Shown in pieces: positions 25,283-33,932 of a stretch of DNA of 64,000 nucleotides. The DNA is from Faecousia sp. (GTDB lineage Bacteria; Bacillota; Clostridia; Oscillospirales; Oscillospiraceae). Positions within the stretch are counted from its first letter, which is position 1. Every line of letters begins with the position of its first letter. Below the pieces are notes generated by a model, which saw only the letters and a program-made list of their open reading frames with translations, had not been told where the DNA came from and did not search any database. Location: NCBI GenBank assembly GCA_051867395.1, contig JBJDYN010000160.1, forward strand, positions 30,253-94,252, given 5' to 3'. The position numbers and the translations under genes are program-made.

Positions 25283-26187
25283 TCTGCTGATTTTTCCAAT
25301 TTGTCCAGCACATCCCGGAAATACTGGGGAAGCTCCGCAAAGACCATCACCGGCCTGCCGTCTCTGGGGTGCCGGAAGCACAGAACGCCTGCGTGGAGGC
25401 ACTGGCTGTCCTGGCCCAGTTCTGCCTTTTTGTGGCCATATACCGTGTCCCCCAGAATCGGATGACCGATATAGGCCATATGGACCCGGATCTGATGGGT
25501 TCGCCCGGTCTCCAGGTGACAGCGAATATGGGTGTAGCCCCGGTAGCGTTTCACGACCTCCCAGTGGGTTATGGCGGGCTTGGAATTGCGCTGGGTGACG
25601 GACATCTTCTTCCGGTCCGTAGGATGCCGTCCGATGGGGGCGTCCACGGTGCCGCTGTCCTCCTTGAGACTGCCGCAAACAATGACATCGTAGGTTCTTG
25701 CCATGGTGTGGTCCTTCAGCTGGGAGGCCAGCATGGTGTGGGCATAGTCGTTCTTTGCCACAGCCAGCAGGCCGGAGGTGTCCTTGTCGATACGGTGGAC
25801 GATGCCGGGCCGGAGTTCCCCGTTGATGCCGCTTAAGGAGTCTCCCAGGGCGTACAGCAGTCCGTTGACCAGGGTGTCATCCGCATGTCCCGCCGCAGGA
25901 TGGACCACCAATCCCTTGGGTTTGTTGATTACCAGCAGATCGTCGTCCTCGTAGACGATGTCCAGAGGGATCTCGGTGGGGACGATGTCTACGGGCTTGG
26001 CTTCGGGAACGGTATAGGTGATGCTGTCGCCGATATTCAGCTTATCATTTTTCCGGCCGGGCTTGCCATTGCGGGTCACCAGGCCGTCTTCAATCAACTT
26101 CTGGGCAGCGCTCCGGCTCATATTCCCCGCCCGCCGGGCCAGGAAAGCGTCCAGCCGTTCCCCGGCAATATCCGCAATCAGGGTCAT
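25276..26187 (-). CDS. rluD: RluD-type 23S rRNA pseudouridine synthase
   Basis: 303 aa. It has an S4 domain and the catalytic motif HRIDKDTSGLL. Confidence 0.9.
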   Translation of the reverse strand: MTLIADIAGERLDAFLARRAGNMSRSAAQKLIEDGLVTRNGKPGRKNDKLNIGDSITYTVPEAKPVDIVPTEIPLDIVYEDDDLLVINKPKGLVVHPAAGHADDTLVNGLLYALGDSLSGINGELRPGIVHRIDKDTSGLLAVAKNDYAHTMLASQLKDHTMARTYDVIVCGSLKEDSGTVDAPIGRHPTDRKKMSVTQRNSKPAITHWEVVKRYRGYTHIRCHLETGRTHQIRVHMAYIGHPILGDTVYGHKKAELGQDSQCLHAGVLCFRHPRDGRPVMVFAELPQYFRDVLDKLEKSADE

Positions 26188-26663
26188 TTCTTCTTCTCGT
26201 CCTTCCAGAAGGTCTTGTTGAACAGAATCAAATGGAGCATCAGCAGCACACAGCCGCAGGTGATGAAGCAGTCGGCCACATTGAACACGGGAAACTCCAT
26301 GAAGGTGGTCTCGATCATGTCCACTACATAGCCCTGGCGTACCCGGTCGATCATATTGCCCAGGCCGCCGCCGTAAATGGCCGCGATGCAGAACCGCTCC
26401 AGAATCGTAAAGGGCATGGGCTTTTTGAAATATTCATACAGAAGCACCCCGGTAAAGACCACAAAAATAATTGCGAACAACCACTGTTGGCCCTCGAAAG
26501 AGGAGAACGCCGCGCCGGTATTTTGTACATAGGTCAGCTGCAGCAGACCGGGAAGAAAGGGCACCGATCCGTGCAGCGGAATGTAGGCTACGGTCAGATA
26601 TTTCGCAATCTGGTCCAGTACCACCACAAGGGCGGCAAAGAGGGAAAAGAATAGAAATTGCAT
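26184..26663 (-). CDS. lspA: Lipoprotein signal peptidase II
   Basis: 159 aa with 4 TM segments. Motifs are GGLGNMIDR and FNVADC. ATGA overlap with rluD. Confidence 0.9.
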   Translation of the reverse strand: MQFLFFSLFAALVVVLDQIAKYLTVAYIPLHGSVPFLPGLLQLTYVQNTGAAFSSFEGQQWLFAIIFVVFTGVLLYEYFKKPMPFTILERFCIAAIYGGGLGNMIDRVRQGYVVDMIETTFMEFPVFNVADCFITCGCVLLMLHLILFNKTFWKDEKKK

Positions 26664-26724
26664 AGGAACATCCTCCTGAAGACGTGCAACTCATTATACC
26701 ATGGCGCGGACGGAAAAGTCAATT

Positions 26725-26824
26725 GGGAGTGAGGAGTTAGGAGAGTGGAGTTAAGGAATCCCTTCGGGATAAATATTAAATAGGAAATGGAGCAATAAAA
26801 TGTCTGCTCTCCTCACTCCTAACT
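26725..26824. repeat. Heptamer-armed hairpin element D (dialect GAGTGAG/GAGTGGA)
   Basis: Left array GAGTGAG GAGTTAG GAGAGTG GAGTTAA. Right array CTCTCCTCACTCCTAACT. The core starts with the ATCCCTTCGGGAT hairpin. Confidence 0.7.
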
Positions 26825-26876
26825 GAATAAAAAACCCGCCCCGAGTATTCCCAGGACGGTGCTACTAGAGCCATAT

Positions 26877-27116
26877 TTATTTGGTGACCAGGAACCGCTG
26901 GGCGGCAGTGCGGAATTGCTCGAATTCGGCGTCGCTGCATTCGGCGGAAGCGGTCAGGGGATGGGTAAAGTCCAGGCAGAACATTTCCATAAAGCTCTTG
27001 CCGTTGACCCGATGGTGATTGTCATCCACCAGAACGGTGAAGGTCATGGTAGTGGCGAGCCCCACAAATTCCTGGACATCCTGAACCGATCGAAGGCTGA
27101 TTTGAAATTCCCGCAT
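26877..27116 (-). CDS. HPr-like domain protein (no obvious His15)
   Basis: The ORF is trimmed to MREFQISLRSVQDVQEF..., 79 aa. It resembles the short HPr-family proteins of Clostridia. Confidence 0.5.
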   Translation of the reverse strand: MREFQISLRSVQDVQEFVGLATTMTFTVLVDDNHHRVNGKSFMEMFCLDFTHPLTASAECSDAEFEQFRTAAQRFLVTK

Positions 27117-27304
27117 AAAAGTCCCCCCGGAAACTGTACAAAAATATTTTTTTCGTGTATAATGGGGAGAACAATCTAGGATCGACTCCAATCTACCTGC
27201 CAGATGGTAGATGCAAAATATTATAGCATTATTTTGGGAAAATGCAACTGTCGGTTTGGACGATTAACACAATTAATGACTTAAAATATTGGTGGTTTTA
27301 ACAA

Positions 27305-28609
27305 ATGAAGATCGCATTTTATACCTTAGGCTGCAAGACAAATCAATATGAGACCCAGGCCATGGAGCGATTGCTGCTGGAACAGGGCCAGGAAATCGGG
27401 CATTTTGACGAGCCCTGCGACGGCTATGTGGTCAACACCTGCTCCGTCACTGCGGTGGCGGACAAGAAAAACCGGGCGGTCATCCGCCGGTGCCGCCGGG
27501 AGCACCCAGAGGCAGTAATTGCCGTCTGTGGATGCTACTCCCAGCATGAACCGGAGGTGATCCGGGAGCTGGGCATTGATGTCATCGGCGGCAGCGGCAG
27601 CCGGCAGGAATTTTTGGACATGCTTCTGTCCGCCCTGGAAAACAGGTCCCATCAAGAGAATCTGGATAATGCCCTTCGCCGCCGGGAATTTGAGGTTCTT
27701 CCTGCCGGAGGGTTGGAGGAGAGAACCCGGGCTATGCTGAAGGTCCAGGACGGCTGTGTGAATTTCTGCTCCTACTGCATCATCCCCTACACCCGGGGCC
27801 CCATCCGCTCCGCACCGCTGGAGGTGGCAGTGGCGCAGGCCAGGGAGCTGGCGGACCGGGGCTACCGGGAGATCGTGGTGACAGGCATTGAGATCGCCAG
27901 CTGGGGGGCAGACCTGCCCGGAAAGCCGGAGGTCACGCTGCTGATCGAGGCGATCTGCCGTGCGGTTCCGGAGCTGCGGATCCGGCTGGGCTCTCTGGAG
28001 CCGCGGATTGTCACGGAGGACTTCTGCAGCAGACTGACGAAGCTTCCGAACCTGTGCCCCCAGTTCCATCTGAGCATGCAGAGCGGCTGCGACACGGTGC
28101 TGCAGCGGATGAAGCGTAAGTACGATACTGCCCGTTATTATGAAAGTGTCTGCCTGCTGAAATCCTATTTCCCTGATTGTGCCGTTACTACGGACATGAT
28201 CGTGGCGTTCCCGGGGGAGTCGGAGGAGGAGTTTGCCGATAGCCTGGCCTTTATCCGTAAGTGCGGCTTTGCGGACATGCATATCTTCCCCTATTCCCGC
28301 CGTCCCGGCACAGTGGCGGACAAGATGCCGGGGCAGCACAACAATGCCACCAAGGAGCAGCGCAGCCGGGAGGCCATTGCTGTGGCGGAGGAAATGAGCT
28401 TGGACTACCGGGAAAGATTAGTGGGGTCTGTCCAGCGTGTTCTGTTTGAGGAAAAGGACGGGAGGTATTTTACCGGCCACGCTCCCAACTATGTGAAGAT
28501 TTACATGGAATGCGGAGAAGAGGAAGACCTGCATAACCAGCTCCGGGACGTCACTGTGACCGGAATCTACGCGGACGGAGTGCTTGGAAAAATGCAGAAT
28601 GTAAAATGA
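27305..28609 (+). CDS. mtaB: tRNA t6A37 methylthiotransferase MtaB-like radical SAM enzyme
   Basis: 434 aa. The N-terminal MTTase has Cys residues (CKTNQYE...). The radical-SAM motif is CVNFCSYC, followed by a TRAM-like C-terminus. Confidence 0.85.
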   Translation: MKIAFYTLGCKTNQYETQAMERLLLEQGQEIGHFDEPCDGYVVNTCSVTAVADKKNRAVIRRCRREHPEAVIAVCGCYSQHEPEVIRELGIDVIGGSGSRQEFLDMLLSALENRSHQENLDNALRRREFEVLPAGGLEERTRAMLKVQDGCVNFCSYCIIPYTRGPIRSAPLEVAVAQARELADRGYREIVVTGIEIASWGADLPGKPEVTLLIEAICRAVPELRIRLGSLEPRIVTEDFCSRLTKLPNLCPQFHLSMQSGCDTVLQRMKRKYDTARYYESVCLLKSYFPDCAVTTDMIVAFPGESEEEFADSLAFIRKCGFADMHIFPYSRRPGTVADKMPGQHNNATKEQRSREAIAVAEEMSLDYRERLVGSVQRVLFEEKDGRYFTGHAPNYVKIYMECGEEEDLHNQLRDVTVTGIYADGVLGKMQNVK

Positions 28610-28707
28610 AAGGGGGAAGTGATCGTTTCCTGTGCATAGGGGGCGGCATCTGCCTTTGATACCACTATCGTAAACGCTGTGATAAACGGTTATTTTCCGC
28701 CCATTCC

Positions 28708-28736
28708 TTGTCATAGCTTCAGGATTGTGGTATGAT
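28708..28736 (+). promoter_or_regulatory. Sigma-A type promoter of queH
   Basis: TTGTCA, 17-nt spacer, TATGAT. Confidence 0.45.
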
Positions 28737-28763
28737 AGGCCCAAACTGTTTCGGGAGGCTTCT

Positions 28764-29309
28764 ATGAAAACTCTGCTTCACATCTGCTGTGCGCCCTGCG
28801 CAAATCAGCCAATTGAAATACTCCGTGCCGACGGGATCGAGGTCACGGGGTTCTGGTATAATCCCAATATCCATCCCTTCACCGAGTACCGGGCCAGACG
28901 CAACTGTTTGCAGGAGTACGCGGCCACCATCGAGCTGCCTCTGATCCTGCGGGACGACTATGCCCTGCGGCCTTTTGTCCGGGAGGTTGCGGAGGACATT
29001 GCCCACCGCTGCGTGAAATGCTATCAGATCCGCTTGTATGAAGTGGCCCGTCAGGCAGCGGAGGGAGGCTTCGACAGCTTCACCTCCTCTCTGTTTATCA
29101 GCCCCTATCAGAACCACGAGCTGATGCGGGAGACGGCGGAGCGGGCGGCAGCGGAATACGGCGTCCAGTTCCTATACCGGGATTTCCGTCCCTATTTCCG
29201 AGATGGCCAGAACTTTGCCCGGGAGCATGGATTTTACATGCAGAAATACTGCGGCTGCGTCTTCTCTGAGGAGGAACGATACATCAAGGCCAAGAAGATC
29301 ATTCCTTGA
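28764..29309 (+). CDS. queH: Epoxyqueuosine reductase QueH (DUF208)
   Basis: The ORF is trimmed to MKTLLHICCAPC. Further Cys motifs are CVKCYQIRL and YCGCVFSE. Confidence 0.85.
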   Translation: MKTLLHICCAPCANQPIEILRADGIEVTGFWYNPNIHPFTEYRARRNCLQEYAATIELPLILRDDYALRPFVREVAEDIAHRCVKCYQIRLYEVARQAAEGGFDSFTSSLFISPYQNHELMRETAERAAAEYGVQFLYRDFRPYFRDGQNFAREHGFYMQKYCGCVFSEEERYIKAKKIIP

Positions 29310-29330
29310 CCTTCTGTTTTTGGAGGAATT

Positions 29331-30461
29331 ATGTCAACTTATGAATTTTCTGTCCCCTGTCTGTTTGGCCTGGAGGGCATCGCGGGGGAAGAGCTGCGTC
29401 GTCTCGATTTGGAAAACGTCCGGGTGGAGAACGGACGGGTGTTGTTTTCCGGCGACCAGCGGGCTATGGCCAAGGCCAACGTCTGCCTGCGCACCGGTGA
29501 GCGGATTCTCATCGTACTGGCGGATTTTCCGGCAAAGACCTTTGAAGAGCTGTTTCAGGGGGTCTACAGGGCCAACCTGGAGGACTTCATCCCCAAGGAT
29601 GGCAGCTTTCCCGTCAAGGGCCACTGCCTGAACAGCCAGCTCATGTCCGTCCCCGATTGCCAGGCCATTGTCAAAAAGGCGGCGTCCCGGCGGCTGGGGG
29701 AAAGATACGGCGTCTCCTGGCTCCCCGAGACTGGAGCGAAATATCAGCTGCAATTTTCCATCATGAATGACCGGGTACAGCTGTATCTGGACACCTCTGG
29801 ACCGGGTCTGCACAAGCGGGGCTACCGGGCCATCGGCAACGATGCGCCCCTACGGGAGACACTGGCCGCTGCCATGGTGCAGCTGACCCGTTACCGGGGG
29901 CGGGAATATTTGTGGGACCCCTTCTGCGGTTCCGGCACCATTCCCATTGAAGCTGCCATGATTGCCAGAAACAAGGCCCCCGGCATGTACCGCCGCTTTG
30001 CGGGGGAAGCCTTCGCCTGGGTGGACCCCAAGGTCTGGGGAGAGGTCCGGGCGGAAGCCAAGGATCGGGAGTTCAAGGGAAATTACCGAATCCTGGGCTC
30101 CGATAACGATCCTAAGTGCATTTCCTTGTCCATGGCCAACGCGAAAAAGGCCGGAGTTGGCGAAATCATCGAGTTCCGGGACGGCGATGCCACGAAAATG
30201 AGCCTGCCCACGGACAGCGGTATCCTCATCTGCAATCCGCCCTACGGCCAGCGGATGCTGGAGCAGCAGAGTGCCCAGCGTCTCTACGCAGCCTTGGGAC
30301 GGCACCTGAAATACGCTGATGGCTGGAAAAAGTATATCATCACCTCGGAACCGGAGTTTGAGCACTACTTCGGCCAGCGCGCAACCAAGAAGCGCAAGCT
30401 CTACAACGGCATGATTAAGTGCGACTACTATATGTACACGGACGGTGGACGAAAGAAATAA
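29331..30461 (+). CDS. THUMP-domain class I SAM-dependent RNA methyltransferase
   Basis: 376 aa. It has DPFCGSGT and NPPYG motifs. Confidence 0.85.
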   Translation: MSTYEFSVPCLFGLEGIAGEELRRLDLENVRVENGRVLFSGDQRAMAKANVCLRTGERILIVLADFPAKTFEELFQGVYRANLEDFIPKDGSFPVKGHCLNSQLMSVPDCQAIVKKAASRRLGERYGVSWLPETGAKYQLQFSIMNDRVQLYLDTSGPGLHKRGYRAIGNDAPLRETLAAAMVQLTRYRGREYLWDPFCGSGTIPIEAAMIARNKAPGMYRRFAGEAFAWVDPKVWGEVRAEAKDREFKGNYRILGSDNDPKCISLSMANAKKAGVGEIIEFRDGDATKMSLPTDSGILICNPPYGQRMLEQQSAQRLYAALGRHLKYADGWKKYIITSEPEFEHYFGQRATKKRKLYNGMIKCDYYMYTDGGRKK

Positions 30462-30467
30462 GGGAAT

Positions 30468-30625
30468 GTGAAGAGTGGAGAGTTGAGAGTGGAGTTGGGC
30501 TGCGGACTTTCTGCACAGCAAAAAGTTCTGGTCGTTTCTATGGTAAGATGTGCACACAGATGGCCCAATGTTTTTCTTTCTGAAATCAACTCCACACTCC
30601 ACACTCCACCCTTCACACTCCACAC
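30468..30625. repeat. Heptamer-armed hairpin element B (dialect GTGGAGA/GTGGAGT)
   Basis: Left array GTGAAGA GTGGAGA GTTGAGA GTGGAGT T. Right array AACTCCA CACTCCA CACTCCA CCCTTCA CACTCCA CAC. The core is 91 nt. The inner 8 bp of the arms pair perfectly. Confidence 0.8.
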
Positions 30626-30640
30626 TGAAAAGAGGGTTTT

Positions 30641-31576
30641 ATGAAGCATCTGTTCATCATCAATCCCGCAGCGGGGAGTCGGAACCGAACGGCGGACTAT
30701 ACTGCCGCCATCCGGGAGACTTGCGGCAGCCGGGGGCTGGACTACCGGATCGAGGTGTCTCAGGCACCGGGGGAGTGCCGGCGGCTTGCCCGGGAAGCGG
30801 CCCAGGCCGGAGAAGATGTGCGTATCTATGCCTGCGGCGGCGACGGTACCCTGAACGAAGTGGCTTCAGGAGCGGCGGGGTTTGACAATGCGGCGGTGAC
30901 GGTGCTGTCCGGCGGCAGCGGCAATGATTTTGTCCGGATTTTCAGCGATCCCAAGGCTTTCTTTGATCTGGAGCGGCTGATGGATGCCGAGGAGATCACC
31001 CTGGATTTGATCCGCTGCAATGAGGACTTCGCCCTGAATATATGCTCTGTGGGACTGGACGCCCGGATCGGCACCGATGTGGCCCGGTATAAGCGGCTGC
31101 CGCTGCTGGACGGCTTCCGGGCCTATGCCGCGTCCACGGTGGTGAATGTGATCCGGGGTATTGGGGAGCACTACATAGTGGAAATCGACGGCCAACAGAT
31201 CGACGGGGAGCAAACCTTCGTCTGCGTCTGCAACGGGCGGTACTACGGCGGCGGCTTTAATCCCGTGCCGGAGGCGGATCCCACGGACGGTTCGCTGGAT
31301 GTGCTGCTGGTCAAGAAGGTTCGCCGGCTACAGGTTCCCGCTATCATCGGGAAATATAAGAACGGACGATACCGGGAATTGCCGGAGCTGATCCGCTATT
31401 TTAAGACGGACCGCCTGAAGATTACCTGTGACAGACCCAATGCCATCAACCTGGACGGGGAACTGCGGACGGCGCAGACCATGGACATTTTCGTCGCCAA
31501 AGAAAAGCTCCGCTTCTTCTACCCAAAGGGATTGACATGGAAGGCGAGAGTAGAAATGCAGAATGCTAAATGCTGA
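30641..31576 (+). CDS. YegS/DagK-family lipid kinase
   Basis: 311 aa with a GGDGT motif (ACGGDGTLNEV). The last 7 codons and the stop lie inside heptamer array F. Confidence 0.85.
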   Translation: MKHLFIINPAAGSRNRTADYTAAIRETCGSRGLDYRIEVSQAPGECRRLAREAAQAGEDVRIYACGGDGTLNEVASGAAGFDNAAVTVLSGGSGNDFVRIFSDPKAFFDLERLMDAEEITLDLIRCNEDFALNICSVGLDARIGTDVARYKRLPLLDGFRAYAASTVVNVIRGIGEHYIVEIDGQQIDGEQTFVCVCNGRYYGGGFNPVPEADPTDGSLDVLLVKKVRRLQVPAIIGKYKNGRYRELPELIRYFKTDRLKITCDRPNAINLDGELRTAQTMDIFVAKEKLRFFYPKGLTWKARVEMQNAKC

Positions 31577-31599
31577 ATGCAGAATGCAAGGGCTTTGCA
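31554..31599. repeat. Heptamer array F (dialect AATGCAG/AATGCTA), a solo arm with a small hairpin
   Basis: AAATGCA GAATGCT AAATGCT GAATGCA GAATGCA AGGGCTTTGCAT. Confidence 0.65.
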
Positions 31600-31607
31600 T
31601 GAAAAAT

Positions 31608-31636
31608 ACCGCAGGCGCAAAAAACGCGTCTGCGGT
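31608..31636. terminator. Bidirectional terminator between convergent genes
   Basis: ACCGCAGGCGC-aaaaaac-GCGTCTGCGGT. Confidence 0.6.
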
Positions 31637-31645
31637 TCATTTTCT

Positions 31646-32746
31646 TCAGCCTGGCATATAAACGTTCAGATCCACGGGGCCATAGATGCCGGGGACACTG
31701 CCCTTGTCAGAATACTGCCACATTTCCACCTTCCAGGGGTAGGTCATCCGGTCCTGATACAGCGCCAGCCAGAAGGGGTAGTCCTCCAGCTCGCTGAGGT
31801 AGTACAGGTGCTCCGACTGGTACCAGTTAAAGTAGATCATGGGCTGGTAGCCCTTCTCTTCCATGACCTGGCAGAAGTGCAGCTGAATGTCGGTCAGGGT
31901 TCGGATATCCATTTTTGCGGTGCGGGCGTCCGAGGTGGGGATCTCCCAGTCCAGGATGATGGGCATATCCAGGTACTGCTCCCCCAGAATCTTCAGCATG
32001 AACGTGATTTCTTCGTCCACTTCCTGAATGTTCAGCGCCTGGGAGAAGAAGTAGGCGCCCACCTTCAGTCCCGCATCTGCGGCGCCGGTCAGATTCTTTT
32101 TGGCGTAGTCATCCTCCACCAGTTTGCCGCTGCCGTAACCCCGGTAGCCCAGGCGAATGATGGCAAAGTCAATGCCGGAGGATTTCACGGCCTTCCAGTT
32201 GATGTCTCCTTGGTAGGCGGAGACATCCACGCCGGGATAGCTTTTCAGATTTTGCAGCAGCAGATAGTTGTTGCGGTTATATTGAAAATCGTATCGGTCG
32301 TAAGGATTGGGGTCCGGAGGAATGGTGGGATTTTCCGGCTCTGTTTCCGAAATGGTGGGTTCCAGAATCGTTTCGGGCAGGGCCTCCGTGTTTTTCACCG
32401 GATCGTGCCGCTGGGGCAGAGCTTCCGGATCCTCGCTGGGGTTAAAATAGGGAATGCACAGCACTGCCATGGTCAGCAGCAGCGCCGCGGCCAATATGGC
32501 GATGATGCCCATGATCCGTTCGGGACGCACCCGCTTCGGCGGGGCAGCGTCTTCTGCTTCTGTGGGATACATGTCTTCCGGGACCAGAGCGGCAGGCGCC
32601 AACGGGTCATCTTCTGCAGACGGCGCTTCCTGAGAGATGGTTTCCGACGGTTCGGGATCCTTTACAGCAATGGCGTCCGGCGCTTCGCCCATAGGGACGG
32701 CGGCGTTTTCCACCTCGGGAATATCCTGTGCGTTGGGGATCTGCAC
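31646..32746 (-). CDS. GH25 muramidase with N-terminal acidic/Pro-rich region and a TM anchor
   Basis: The ORF is trimmed to a GTG start preceded by AGGAGG. The GH25 core has DVSAYQGDINW and IIRLGYRG. Confidence 0.8.
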   Translation of the reverse strand: MQIPNAQDIPEVENAAVPMGEAPDAIAVKDPEPSETISQEAPSAEDDPLAPAALVPEDMYPTEAEDAAPPKRVRPERIMGIIAILAAALLLTMAVLCIPYFNPSEDPEALPQRHDPVKNTEALPETILEPTISETEPENPTIPPDPNPYDRYDFQYNRNNYLLLQNLKSYPGVDVSAYQGDINWKAVKSSGIDFAIIRLGYRGYGSGKLVEDDYAKKNLTGAADAGLKVGAYFFSQALNIQEVDEEITFMLKILGEQYLDMPIILDWEIPTSDARTAKMDIRTLTDIQLHFCQVMEEKGYQPMIYFNWYQSEHLYYLSELEDYPFWLALYQDRMTYPWKVEMWQYSDKGSVPGIYGPVDLNVYMPG

Positions 32747-32944
32747 TGCCTCGCCTCCTTTCAAAAAAGAATATTCTCGACACAGTATAACATATTTTAC
32801 ACGGTTCGCCAAGGGGAAACCACTGGAATTTCCCGCTTAATGAAATCTTAAACAATCCGTTAACTTTATCCCAACACAGTTGCATTCGGCATATTTTGCA
32901 ATATAATAAAGGACAAGGAATCTGTACGCAAAGGTGATTTTTCT

Positions 32945-33358
32945 ATGAGTGGAATCAGCGGTTTGTTTCGACGGTTTACCGCAAAGGTATCGGCAGGACT
33001 CCGCAGTTTTATGGTCGGACGCTATGGCACGGACCGGCTGAATATGGTGATTCTGGGCGCCGGACTGATTACCAGCCTGATCTCGGTGTGGTGCAGGTCA
33101 GCCAGGCTGAACATGATTTTCTTTGTGCTCAGTTACGGCCTGATGATCTGGGCGATCTGGCGCAGCCTGTCCCGCAACACTTATCAGCGCTATCAGGAGA
33201 ACCGGAAATTTTGGGCGTTCTTTGACCGGCTGAAAGACCGGCAGCACCGCTATTTTGACTGCCCCAAGTGCCATCAGATGGTCCGGGTCCCCAGAGGGAA
33301 GGGCAAGATTTCCATTACCTGTCCCCGGTGCAAGGAAAAATTCGTCCGAAAAACCTGA
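32945..33358 (+). CDS. Membrane protein with a C-terminal zinc ribbon
   Basis: 137 aa. It has two TM helices, then CPKCHQ...CPRCKE. Confidence 0.5.
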   Translation: MSGISGLFRRFTAKVSAGLRSFMVGRYGTDRLNMVILGAGLITSLISVWCRSARLNMIFFVLSYGLMIWAIWRSLSRNTYQRYQENRKFWAFFDRLKDRQHRYFDCPKCHQMVRVPRGKGKISITCPRCKEKFVRKT

Positions 33359-33450
33359 GAGAAACCGAACTCTTTCACAAAAGAATCCTGTTCCCGCCGA
33401 ACGGCATTTTTTCGTTTGTACGGTATTGCGGCTGAAATGAATCGAGCACA

Positions 33451-33837
33451 TCAGGATATGCCCCGAATCAGCACCTCGTCCACTTCCGCGCGGGAGGCGT
33501 TTTCCTTCACGCTTTTAATGCCGTCCCGGCATACTGCCTTGGTGCTGTAGGGCTCGGAGACGGCGATGATTTGCCCATTGCTGGCTTTCAGCCGGAAACG
33601 GAAAGCGCCGCTTTTGTCCGTGTACAGCTCAAATTTGGGGTGGGGTAGAATCTGGAAAGCGACACCGGTTTGATCTTCAATGTCTGCTTTGGGTGCGTTT
33701 TTGCGGACGCTTTCAATCCCCTTGCGGCAGGCGGCGGCGGTGCGGTAGACTTCCGAGGTCAGGATTGTCTGCCCGTTGGCGGCATACAGGTCGAATTTCA
33801 CGCCGGAAGTGACAGTGCGCATGACAAAGGTTCCCAT
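33451..33837 (-). CDS. YegP-family protein (two DUF1508 repeats)
   Basis: 128 aa. It has the tandem repeats KFDLYAANGQ...SEVY...C..GIESVR and KFELYTDKSGAFRFRLKASNGQIIA. GGAGG lies 8 nt upstream. Confidence 0.75.
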   Translation of the reverse strand: MGTFVMRTVTSGVKFDLYAANGQTILTSEVYRTAAACRKGIESVRKNAPKADIEDQTGVAFQILPHPKFELYTDKSGAFRFRLKASNGQIIAVSEPYSTKAVCRDGIKSVKENASRAEVDEVLIRGIS

Positions 33838-33932
33838 GAGGTTCCCTCCTTTTTCCGGACTATGATAGCATAAAAAAGATTGCCCATCAACCGAAAGCTG
33901 CCGCTTCGCGTCTGCGAAGCGGCAGTGGTTTT

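Noticed and set aside
28610-28763. preQ1 riboswitch upstream of queH.
   Set aside because: No preQ1-I/II/III-like compact aptamer motif is seen. Only a TTGTCA-17-TATGAT promoter is present.
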